From positions 19,902,001-19,935,000 of the forward strand of contig NC_042997.1 of NCBI RefSeq assembly GCF_006345805.1: 33,000 nt of DNA. The letters are read 5' to 3'. The stretch is from Octopus sinensis. Its lineage: Eukaryota. The notes below the pieces were generated by a model. It saw only the letters and a program-made list of their open reading frames with translations, did no database searches and was not told the DNA's origin. This document shows, in pieces, positions 11,385-22,414 of this stretch (position 1 is the first letter of the stretch; every line of letters begins with the position of its first letter). The position numbers were made by a program, and so were the translations under genes.

Positions 11385-11856
11385 GAAATCAAATTCGATG
11401 ACTGGCATATGTGCTAGTGGAGCACTAAGAGTACCATCTGAGCATGATCGTTGCCAGAGCAACAAACTGACTTCCGTGCTGGTGGCACATAAAAAGCACC
11501 ATTCGAGCATGATCGTTACCTGCATCACCTTACTGTCACTTGTGCTGGTGGCACATGAAAAAACATTCGAGCGAGGTCCTTGCCAGTGCCACTGTACTGT
11601 CTCCTGTCCAGGTGTTATATAAAAAGCACCATTTGAGTGTGGCCGTTGCCAATACCACCTGACTGGCCCTCATGCCGGTGGCACGTAAAAGTACCCACTA
11701 CACTCTTGGAGTGGTTGGCGTTAGGAAGGCCATCCAGCTGTAGAAACTCTGCCAGATAGGATTGGAGCCTGGTGCAGCCATCTGGTTCACCAGACCTCAG
11801 TCAAACCATCCAACCCATGTTAGCATGGAAAGCGGACATTAAACAATGACGATGAT
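11385..11856 (+). mobile_element. Long family C copy with internal ~60-bp subrepeats and GAT tail
   Basis: Repeated AAAAAGCACCATTCGAGC..GATCGTT units, then GTTGGCGTTAGGAAGG...AACCCATGTTAGCATGGAAAGCGGACATTAAAC-GATGAT. Confidence 0.85.
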
Positions 11857-12007
11857 ATCATCATCATCATCATCATCGTTTAGCATCCGTTTTCCATGCT
11901 AGCATGGGTTGGACGGTTCTACTGGGGTCTGTGAAGCCAGAAGGCTTCATCAGGCCCAGTCAAATCTGGCAGTGTTTCTACGGCTGGATGCCCTTCCTAA
12001 CGCCAAC
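11857..12007 (-). mobile_element. Family C 3' fragment, tail-to-tail with the preceding copy
   Basis: Junction reads GATGAT|ATCATC with no spacer. Confidence 0.85.
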
Positions 12008-12212
12008 ATATATATATATATTATATATATATATATACACGACGCCCTTCTTTCAGTTTCCATCTACCAAATCCACTGACAAGGCTTTGGTCAGCCTGAG
12101 GCTTTAGTAGAAGACACTTGCGCAAGGTGCTATGTAGAGGGACTGAATCCAAGAACAATGTGGTTGCAAAGAAAGATTCTTACCACACAGCCATTCTTGT
12201 GCTTATATAGAA

Positions 12213-12245
<33 letters not shown>

Positions 12246-12350
12246 TATATATCATATCAAAAGGGAAATGGAATTTAATTAAATTTAAAATATTCAATCA
12301 AAATTTACATTTCCAGTGGTCTAACGTGCAAATAAATTTGTCAAAAAGAC

Positions 12351-12730
12351 TATATATTAATTATACGATAGTGTAAAATTATACACATAAGGAATCTACA
12401 CCTAGGGTGAAGATTCAGCTCATTAGATAGCCACAAAAATAATGGATAAGATTCAACAGGAGCAAAAATTTGAAAATGAAAAACATTTACCATTTATTAC
12501 CCCGGACCAATATTTGTTTCTGATCTTCTTTTAGCAAGTCATGGGAACTTAATCCCAGGTCTGATCTTTCTCAACGAGGGCCAATAAATGGTAAATGTTT
12601 TTCATTTTCAAATTTTTGCTCCTGTCGAATCTTATCCATTATTTTTCTGGCTCTCTAATGCGCTGAATCTTCACCCTAGGTGTAGATTCCTTATGTGTAT
12701 AATTTTACGCTATCTTATAATAAATATATA
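12351..12730. mobile_element. Young MITE-like element: 148-bp inverted arms, 84-bp spacer
   Basis: 12351-12498 versus the reverse complement of 12583-12730 shows 7 mismatches by hand; both ends run into TA repeats. Confidence 0.9.
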
Positions 12731-12810
12731 TATATATATATACATATATATACATATATATATATATATACAAAGATAGATCGTTAGATAAATATAGATA
12801 TTTAGATATC

Positions 12811-13192
12811 TTTTACTTATTTCAATCATTAGATTGTTGTCATGCTGGGGCAGTGCTTTGAAGAATTTTTAGTTGAATGAATCAACCCCAGCAATTATAT
12901 TTCTTAAAACCTGATACTTTTTCTATCAATATCTTTTGCTGAACCACAAAGTTACAGGGATGTGAACACACGAACACCAGTTGTCAAGTAGTAGTGGTTG
13001 GGGACAAAGACATGCACACACACCCACACATATATTAGGGCTTCCTTTCAGTTTCCATCTATCAAATCCACTACCAAGGCTTTGGTTGGCCTGAAGCTGT
13101 AGCTGAAGACACTTGCCCAAGGTGTCACGCAGTGGGAATGAGCCCAGAACTATGTGGTTGTGAAGCAAACTTCTTAGCACGCAGACATACCA
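12811..13192 (-). mobile_element. SINE A copy (diverged)
   Basis: TTTTACTTATTTCAATCATT...GAAGACACTTGCCCAAGGTG...GCAGTGGGA..GAGCCCAGAAC. Confidence 0.85.
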
Positions 13193-13210
13193 GCAGCTAT
13201 ATATATACAT

Positions 13211-13290
13211 GCGTTTCGTTTCGTTTCGTTTCATTTCGTTGCGTTGCGTTGCATTGCGTTCCGTTCCTATTATATTATATTATATTATAT
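13211..13290. repeat. Compound pentanucleotide repeat (CGTTT)/(CGTTG)/(CGTTC)/(TATAT)
   Basis: Direct reading. Confidence 0.9.
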
Positions 13291-13523
13291 TAACCTTTTC
13301 AATACTAACCTGCCTGAGACCTTCCCCAACTCTGTAGTACAAAGGTTCTGTATTAAAATCTTTCACCAAAACTTTGTCTTAATTTATGTTCATAACATTA
13401 GCTTAATAATAAGAAAGTTATTTTACTAAGTTCTGTTCTTCGCTATATTTTAAATTAACTGAAATAAACACAGATTATCTCAACATAAATATGGTAACAA
13501 AAGAATTAATTATATATAGGTAC

Positions 13524-13700
13524 GAGCAAGTACCTTCTTTTAGAACCTGACCAAACTCTTGAAGGGATTTGGTTGATGGAAACTGAAGAAAGCCTGTCAA
13601 ATGTGTGTGAAGAATATGTACCAGTTGAATAGTGAGGTTGATGAGGAAGAATAAGTACCAGTTGAATAATGTGGTTGATGAGGCTGAAATTTCTGGCCCT
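13524..13700 (+). mobile_element. Rearranged SINE fragment (SINE A middle plus duplicated AGTACCAGTTGAAT..GGTTGATGAGG unit)
   Basis: GGATTTGGTTGATGGAAACTGAAGAAAGCCTGTC matches SINE A; a ~37-bp unit occurs twice. Confidence 0.55.
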
Positions 13701-13978
13701 GTGCCAAAATTTGGAACCATTATTTGTCATCTGTGATGATGTGCTTAAACTGGTCAGTGCTATACTTTCAATACTTACCTTCTAAATAAGTTTAAAAAAA
13801 ACATGAGAAGAAACAATAAAAACTTTTAAATTATGCAAAAGTTTAAGGAAAAAATGTGTGTTTATGTATACAAAGAGAAAGAGTAGGTGTCAATTGTTCA
13901 TGATGCTAAGATATCATATCTGGTAAGATATGTATACATAAACACATCTGCAGATGGTGGTAAAATAATTTACATACA

Positions 13979-14335
13979 TACTCTTTTACTTGTTTCAGTC
14001 ATTTAACTGCGGCCATGCTGGAACACCACCTTTAGTCAAGCAAATCGACTCCAGGACTTATTCTTTGTAAGCCTAGTACTTATTCTATCAGTCTTTTTTG
14101 CCGAACCGCTAAGTTACAGGGATGTAAACACACCAGCATCAGTTGTCAAGCAATGTTGTGGGGACAAACACAGACACACAAACATATACACACTCATACA
14201 TATATATATACATATGTACGACGAGCTTCTTTCAGTTTCCATCTACCAAATCCACTCACAAGGTTTTGGTCGGCTTTGGACTGAACCCAGAACCCTGTGG
14301 TTTGTTAGCAAGCTACTGACCATACATCCACTCCT
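13979..14335 (-). mobile_element. SINE A copy with internal deletion in the head
   Basis: CTCTTTTACTTGTTTCAGTCATTT...; the CTATAGTAGAAGACACTTGCCCAAGG block is absent. Confidence 0.9.
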
Positions 14336-15044
14336 AATACATATAAATATTTTAGAACCTTGAATTTTAATTTCGATCTTAACCACGAATTTTAATGAGC
14401 CCAATGCAAGAAATAAAAAAAAACTGTAAAATCAGTAAAATGCTTAAATTCATACTATATTTTCATATCAGTAAAATATCATTTAATATTCTGCATTGTA
14501 TTCATGGAAAGGATTTTTATCTCAATATCTGTATTATTCTTCAATGTAAAGCAGAGAATGAAACTTCAAATCTATTTAGATTGAAGATCTGTCAACCTAT
14601 GTTTTGATATCTTTATATGTCATCATTGAAGGGATAATACAGCGAGAGGAATGGAAAATCTTTTCTATTAAATACGAGATTTTAACTGGATTTGAAACTT
14701 TAAAAACTGATTAATGCTACTCAAAATAAAAAGATAGGAAGAAAAATAGAATATGTCATGTGAATTACCAAAACTATTTTTACAATGATAAGGAAAAGTT
14801 AAACCTCATTCTAAACCAGGAACAAAAAGTACAAAGACATCTGAGTTTTACTGTCAACCTTTAAAAGTCATTCATTGACAATTTGCAGTCCATGGAACTT
14901 TATGAATGGTATGTCTATACAAAACATTACTTGAATATTTTAGATGTGTGGCTTGTCTGATGAAGACCCTATGTCACATGCATACTGCTACATGAAAAGT
15001 TGCCCTTGCTTGCTTTGAGCCAACAAAACTGCAGCCTGTTTGTT

Positions 15045-15225
15045 TGACCTGCTAGAAATATCAACCTATTCTAAATAGCAAGTTGCTGTCTTAAAAAGGA
15101 AGAACATGTGAGATAATGTAATCCTTGATATGCTGCATATGAAAATGAATAGACTGCTAATCAATGGGACCTTTTGATTATAGTTGTACTGAACTAGAGT
15201 TGACACAAATAGATTTCTAGTAAGG
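15045..15225 (+). repeat. Probable relic of another dispersed repeat
   Basis: GACCTGCTAGAAATA...GTCTTAAAAAGGAAGAACA...GATAATGTA resembles from memory an octopus repeat; single copy here. Confidence 0.3.
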
Positions 15226-15666
15226 TAAGGGAACATTAAATTTTACCAGCAACAAGGCTTAATTTTTTTCATGACTTTTCAATTTTTATTCCTATATTTG
15301 TATGCTGCAACTTCCAAAAATTTTCTCATAGATGAGAGAATTTTAGAAGTATATTACCAGGAAATTGTGTAAATATCATGGTAAAGAAATATAATAACAA
15401 ATGTCTTTTTCACAAGAATAAAGTTGTTGAACTTCTGCACTTGACAAAGTAATTTAAATATTGCACAGTAACAAAGAAAGTAATTTCCTTCACTTCAAGT
15501 ATGTAAAAAGAAAGAATTTGCTTCAAGAATAACTCTGAAACTTACTTTATCGGGAAGTTTTACATTTTCACAAGAAGAAAAAGTTGCTTGAAGGTAAGGT
15601 CAGATTTAACAAAGAAATTAACTGTATTTTAGATTAATAGTGATGCAATTTTAAATACATATTTTC

Positions 15667-15941
15667 TCATCGTCATCATCGTTTAACATCCGCTTTCCAT
15701 GCTAGCATGGGTTGGACGTATGACTGAGGGCTGGTGAACCAGATGGCTGCACCAGGCTTCAATCTTGATCTGGCAGAGTTTCTACAGCTGGATGTCCTTC
15801 CTAACGCCAACCACTCTGAGAATGTAGTGGGTGCTTTTACATGCTACCGGCACGGAGCCAGTCAGGCGGCACTGGCAATGATCTCGCTCGAATCTTTTAC
15901 ACATGCCACTGGTGCAGGTGCCAGTAAGGCGATGCTTGTAA
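15667..15941 (-). mobile_element. Family C copy
   Basis: (CAT)n-CGTTTAACATCCGCTTTCCATGCTAGCATGGGTTGGACG...CTTCCTAACGCCAACCACTC. Confidence 0.9.
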
Positions 15942-16279
15942 AAATATAGTTTTTTAAAAGATAAGCTTTATTCTTGGTAATTTGGACAATCACTCATTAG
16001 AAGCTGATTGACAATTAATGAAGGGACAAGTTATATTTGGAAGCAGTGGAAGAAGGACAGAGCCTACGGCATGACAGAACAAAATAAAACAAACAGCTAT
16101 CAATTTAAAGAGAAAACCAACTCCTTTAGAGTGAGTATGCACAAATTTCCACAACAAAAATTCCCAAAGGAGGACAAACAATTCAATGTAAATATGTAAA
16201 TGTTGAGAATCCAAATAGAGGATATTTAATAAGCAGAGCAAGTAAGGCAAGGAAAATAATAATAACAACAATAGTAAAT

Positions 16280-16468
16280 GTTGGTGCATTGGTGTGTTTA
16301 CACATCTCTCATGACTAAAAGCAGTTCAGCAAAAGAAACTGATAGAATAAGTTCTCGGCTTAAAAAATAAATAAAACAAAAGCACTGATGCCGACTCATT
16401 TGACTACAAATTCTTTAAGACAGTGCTCCAGTATTACCATAATCTAATGACTGAAACAAATAGAATGG
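16280..16468 (+). mobile_element. SINE A 3' half (diverged)
   Basis: GGTGTGTTTAC...GCAAAAGAAACTGATAGAATAAG...GTGCTCCAG...AATGACTGAAACAAAT. Confidence 0.75.
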
Positions 16469-16728
16469 TAAGAAATGTAAATATTTAATGAATGTAGTTA
16501 TTGAACCAGGTGAACTATTTTGGTTACATTCAGAACATGGAGCATCTGAATGGCAAGCAAATGAAGATAAATAGGAGGAGTAGAACACAGTTCTTCAGAA
16601 GAAAATATAATGATTTCCTCCTCCAGCTCAAATACTGAATTAGATAAGGCAAAGAAACGAAAACTTCAAAGTTGAACTGAGAATGAAGTTTATATGCAGG
16701 GACATGATCATGGCCAACCCAAGATATA

Positions 16729-17083
16729 CTCTTTTACTTGTTTCAGTCATTTGATTGTGGCCATGCGTGAGCACTGCCTTTAGTCGAGCAAATCGACCTG
16801 AGGACTTATTCTTTGGAAGCCTAGTACTTATTTTATCGGCCTCTTTTTGCCGAACAGCTAAGTTATTGGGACGTAAACACACCATCGGTTGTCAAGCGAT
16901 GTTGGGGGAACAAACACAGACACACAAACATATACACACACATACAGATATATATATATATATACATATATACACGATGGTTTTATTTCAGCTTCCATCT
17001 ACCAAATCCACTCACAAGGCTTTGGTTGGCCCATGGCTTTAGTAGAAGACACTTGCCCAAGGTGCCAAGGTGTGGGGATGACA
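16729..17083 (-). mobile_element. 5'-truncated SINE A with 9-bp target-site duplication
   Basis: CAAGATATA at 16720-16728 and 17084-17092. Confidence 0.9.
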
Positions 17084-17276
17084 CAAGATATATTCATATA
17101 AATAAAATATTGACTAATAAACAAATCTGTACCGAAAATCTTATGGTAAGATGTTCTCAGGACAGAGATGTTGATAATATTAAAAATTACTCTCCCACAT
17201 ATTCAAGATAGGGTTCACATATAGAATTAGGGATTATGATATCTAATGCTTGGATATGCAAATCTATGGATCCTTT

Positions 17277-17498
17277 ACAGGTGCCGATGCCACATAAAAT
17301 GCACTTGTGCTGGTGCTACATAAATGTACATAAAAAGCACCCAGTACACTCTGTAAAGTGGTTGGTGTTAAGAAGAGCATCCAACCATAATAAACCAATC
17401 CACAACAGATAACTGGAGTCTGAACAGCTCCTTGACTGGCCAGCTCCTGTTAAACCATCCAACCCATGCCAGCATGGAAAACAGACATTAAATGATGT

Positions 17499-17530
<32 letters not shown>
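17277..17530 (+). mobile_element. Family C copy with long (GAT)n tail
   Basis: AACCCATGCCAGCATGGAAAACAGACATTAAAT-(GAT)n; the poly-Met ORF is the tail. Confidence 0.85.
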
Positions 17531-17532
<2 letters not shown>

Positions 17533-17938
17533 TATTAAGACTCCATTTTTACAAAGAAAACAATTAAACAATTTAGTTTGCCTAGTTCTCCCTTATGGGG
17601 GCTACTGTACTTCCAGGTTATATATGGAAACTTATAGATTGTGTATTCGACTTGACTGGCCCTTCAAGATCCTGATATCTAATAATCAAGGAGAAATTAG
17701 ATGAAGTTAGGAGCAGTAACCTTAAAATATGATCACGCAATTATGGTATTATGGAAACAAACAACATGGTGCCATTGCTACTAATGTTGATGACTTTTGC
17801 TCTGCCATTTCAAAGACATCTCAGATTCATGTCATACATAGGCTTTATTTATTATCTAAAGTTATGTCAGAAGAAGTAACAGAATTTCATATATAAATAG
17901 ATATTAAAACAAGGGACACATACATAATATGTCACATT

Positions 17939-18327
17939 TACTCTTTTACTTGTTTCAGTCATTTGACTGTGGCCATGCTGGAGCACCACCTTTAGTAGAG
18001 CAAATCAACCCCAGGACTTATTCTTTGTAAGCCTAGTACTTATTCTATCGGTCTCTTTTGCCGAACCGCTAAGTTACGGGGACATAAACACACCAGCATT
18101 GGTTGTCAAGCGACGTTAGGGAGATAAACACAGACACACACATACATATATATATATACACATATATACACATATATACGATGGGCTTCTTTCAGTTTTC
18201 GTCTACCAAATCTACTCACAAGGCTTTGGTCGGCCCAAGGCTATAGTAGAAGACGCTTGCCCAAAGTGCCACGCAGTGGGACTGAACCCGGAACCATGTG
18301 GTTGGTAAGCAAACTACTTTCCACTCC
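17939..18327 (-). mobile_element. Near full-length, well-preserved SINE A
   Basis: Complete tail-to-head match; retains many CpGs. Confidence 0.93.
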
Positions 18328-19109
18328 TTTGCCATAGATTTATTTTATTTGGTAAGAAAATTAGATATGTTGTAAAATGTATTTAAGAGTTACTGCAATT
18401 TAAAGAGGAAACTACTATGAAATATAATTTAACTAAAATATTTGGTTATCTTTTATTATTTCCAACTCCTCTATCTTTATTTTTTTGTATATATAAACAG
18501 AGTAAAAAACATAATCAGATATTACACTTTCCACAAATTTTCTTCATTTATAAACAAATAAAATGCATAATTTCTGCATTTGTAAATATACTCTTAAAAG
18601 TGTAGTTCTCAGCAAAGTTTTCACCAATATGTAGAAATGATTTTAAAAAATAAAAACAAATGAAGAAATTTCAGCTAATTAATATGCATAAATAAAATAT
18701 ATCTAATTCTGAAAGTAGCGCACTGATCAAACTATTTACTTATCTGATACCATAATCATTAAGAACAACAAGTTCAATATGTAAAGTTAATTATAAATTC
18801 AAATCTTAAATATGCAAATTAGACATAATCATTTTTCAAATATTTTATCATGCTAAACTAGAATTATATTATATCTGTCAATATTAAGCTTCACTTTCTA
18901 TAATATAGCTAACTTTTCCTGTCAAAACTTACACAATTCAAAAGTATCTAATTCCATAACTGTTCACACAGCAAGAATCTTTAAATTTCTAATCATTATA
19001 ATTTCTCACTGAAGCTATTTTTGAAAACTGGACTCATGACAACAGATATAGAGGACCTTAGTAAACAGTTCCACTAAGTGCAGCACTCAAAACTATGCCA
19101 CTTTAGTTA

Positions 19110-20014
19110 CAGGGTGGGTAGAAAGCAACTAGGCATTAGAAATTGCTTAATGAATGTTTAATATCACTGAAGTCATGACAAAAACACTTTTTAAACAGAC
19201 AATGCTAATAGGGGTTTCTTAATTTTTTATTGTCTCATTTCTTATTTTCTAGATGGCCAGTCAGTTGCTTGACTGTGCAGGAGAAAGCTAACATAGCAGC
19301 ACGCTAAAAAGTGTGGAATACCCTTGTTTTGGTTCAGAGATGGTGGCATGCAGGGAAAGGCAAGCATACAACACTACGCCTGGAGACAATAAAAAGTTGT
19401 CATACAAAGCTGATGACTACTGGCTCTGTGAATGATGCAAGAAAAAGTGGCTATCCAACCACATCCTGATCAGTGGAGAATGTGGCAACAGAGCAGGAAA
19501 TGTTTAATCACAGCTCACAAAAATCAACACATCAAGCAGCTCATGAAAGTAGACTAAGAAGACACACAGAACATATGGTGTTGTATAAAGAATTGAATTT
19601 TAGTCCGTGGAAGCCATATTGTGTGCAGGAGCTAAAACTTGAAGACTGTGACTGCAGAAGTCCTGAAATCCAGAACTTCAAGAAGTCCAGATCTCATTCA
19701 ATGTGATTTTTACATGTGGGGTTACTCAAAATAGGAGGTGTACAAGACAAAACTTTACACATTGGAGGACTTGGAGACATGGATTCAGAAGGTTCTCAAG
19801 GATATATCCAAGACAACGTCCTTCAGAAGGTTGTTCATTCCATCCTTGGCTGTTTGAGGAAACTGGTTAATGCCACTGGTGCTTATGCTGAAATATGAAG
19901 ATTTACTTTCATTTTCCCATGTAATAAAGAACATATATTATTTATTTCAATAAATTTGTAAAAGGAGTACGGATATTATTACCAATTTTTAATGCCTACT
20001 TACTTTTCATCCTG
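19110..20014 (+). mobile_element. Internally deleted Tc1/mariner-superfamily DNA transposon, DDxD type (rosa/maT-like)
   Basis: Imperfect TIRs (CAGGGTGGGTAGAAAGCAACTAGGCATTAGAAATTG versus CAGGATGAAAAGTAAGTAGGCATTAAAAATTG) with TA at 19108-19109 and 20015-20016; contains the transposase relic. Confidence 0.9.
19253..19898 (+). pseudogene. Transposase pseudogene: N-terminal HTH region joined to the C-terminus; most of the catalytic domain deleted
   Basis: LTVQEKANIAAR*KVWNTLVLVQRWWH...KLMTTGSVNDARKSGYPTTS*SVENV...SQKSTHQAAHES...ELNFSPWKPYCVQELKLEDCDCR, then RSPDLIQCDFYMWG...KVVHSILGCLRKLVNATGAYAEI*. Stops and frameshifts are present. Confidence 0.88.
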
Positions 20015-20669
20015 TATATGGAACACATACTCAAAATTTAGGGCAACTGGTCAGTGTGTGTTCTCAGTTTAGAAAATTGTTTTTTTCAGGTCAGGTAAAC
20101 ATTGACCAACAAGCTAATTCTTTTTTGTATTTATTTTTTATTCTTCTACATTAGCCACTACTTTTAAAGTGAGCTATGATATACACAAAAAATAGCATCT
20201 GTGAATAGATGACAAGAGTAAATTCTTATGTTTTTTTATTCATTTATTTATTGCAAATTATCTTTTGATTTCCCCCCACAAAAATGTGTATTTTCTATGT
20301 GTCCATGTATGTATGTGTGTGTCACAGGTTTCTCATGCTTGGATGTGCTCTACCTATTAATAGATGCAACTGAACTATAAATGGTAACCCAAAAGAAGAG
20401 TTCAAGTAAAATCACTTCAGCTACGTCTTGAGCCATGAATGACAGTTCTTTAATACATATTAAAATCTTGTTCATATATATGAAAGTGATTTCTTCTGAG
20501 CAAAATATATGGAACTATTGATTATTTCAAAAGAGATGATAATTCATAATGTTCAAACTTATCATTTATTGTTGTAATGTTTGAGATATTCAGAGATGTT
20601 GCCACTTCTGAAATCGGATTCTAGTTTAGTAAAACATCAAAAAGTTAAGAATATTAAAAGAGTGAACAG

Positions 20670-21340
<671 letters not shown>

Positions 21341-22414
21341 TAATAGCTGCAACAAAAGTAGGAGGTTAGGAACAGAAAAATATATTTTTGAATAATATGA
21401 TTTCTATCAAAGCATACTAACAAAAAGAGGGAAAGCAAGTTATGGTTAGAAAGAGAACAACTTTATTGTTTCAGACTAAGCCAAAAAGTCAATATGGTTA
21501 ACCCTTGTGCTATAGAAAAGGTAACCGTTGCCATTCAAATAGTAAATTCTTTCTTAGTTTAGAACATTTGAATTCATATGAAGAGGTCAATGTCATTTAC
21601 GTACCAAATGCTTAAAGAAAAATTATTGGAAAAAAGTAAATGCATTTAAATCAAGTTGTTTTGTATACTATGAGACATGTATGTTTTAAGGTATTTTCCA
21701 AGGATATTGGCAACTAAAATATAATTAGATGTCACATAAAGCAGCCTGAAAGAAAGGTTAGATTCTACCTAGAAACTTACTTTTAAAAGGGTGGAGGAGT
21801 TATCCACAACGATTTCATTATGCTTGTGTGGAAGTTAGATAAGAAATAAGATTTTCCAGTGCATTGAAATACATTAAGTATTCATCTCATGCAGGCTCAC
21901 AAAAGAATCGCATGTAAAAGATTCTTTTATAAATATACTAAATTTACAGAGGTGAATACAGAGTATCATATAATCAACAATAAATTCTGATAGAAAAAAT
22001 ATTTTGAGTTTCCCATAGCTATATACTTTAAATCCCTTGAGTAATAACCTAACTTAGATACATTGAACTATATTGAGTTATGTAATATGTGAGGTGTTGT
22101 GCAACAATACTTGGTGAATCTGGTAGTCCAAAAGTATTGTGGGAAATAAATATATATGACTTAAAAGATAAGGGCTTCTGGCAAAATTGTAAGCCTGTCA
22201 AACTGTTATAGTCAGTGTGAACAAATAAGAGCCACCAATGCCATTAAGAAAGAATAAACTTTTGTCACATTAACCTCTTTTGTTACAGACTGTCACAGTA
22301 CAAAGAGAAACAGATCAATATTTATACTAAAAAACTTTACAAAGAAGTTGGCAAGCTTATACTATCAAATTATAGAAATGCAATTCAGAATGGAAAACTT
22401 GATAAGAAAATTCT

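Larger units (their letters stand above)
11166..12202 (-). mobile_element. SINE A split in its central microsatellite (3' part 11166-11380, 5' part about 12008-12202)
   Basis: Both halves match SINE A in reverse orientation and are separated by two family C copies. Confidence 0.8.

Noticed and set aside
11430-11700. Repeated ~60-bp units as a CRISPR-like array
   Set aside because: Eukaryotic context; the units are degenerate internal subrepeats of a family C element, with no unique spacers or cas genes.
14964-15000. CTGATGA/CTGAAGA motifs at about 14964, 7581 and 24919 as hammerheads
   Set aside because: No correctly placed helix II plus GAAA plus NUH arrangement.
20081-20100. TTTTTTTCAG|GTCAG|GTAAAC as a recursive splice site or 5-nt microexon; also short AG..GT pairs at 6668-6717 and about 30174-30196
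   Set aside because: Motif-only evidence at a frequency expected by chance; no gene context.
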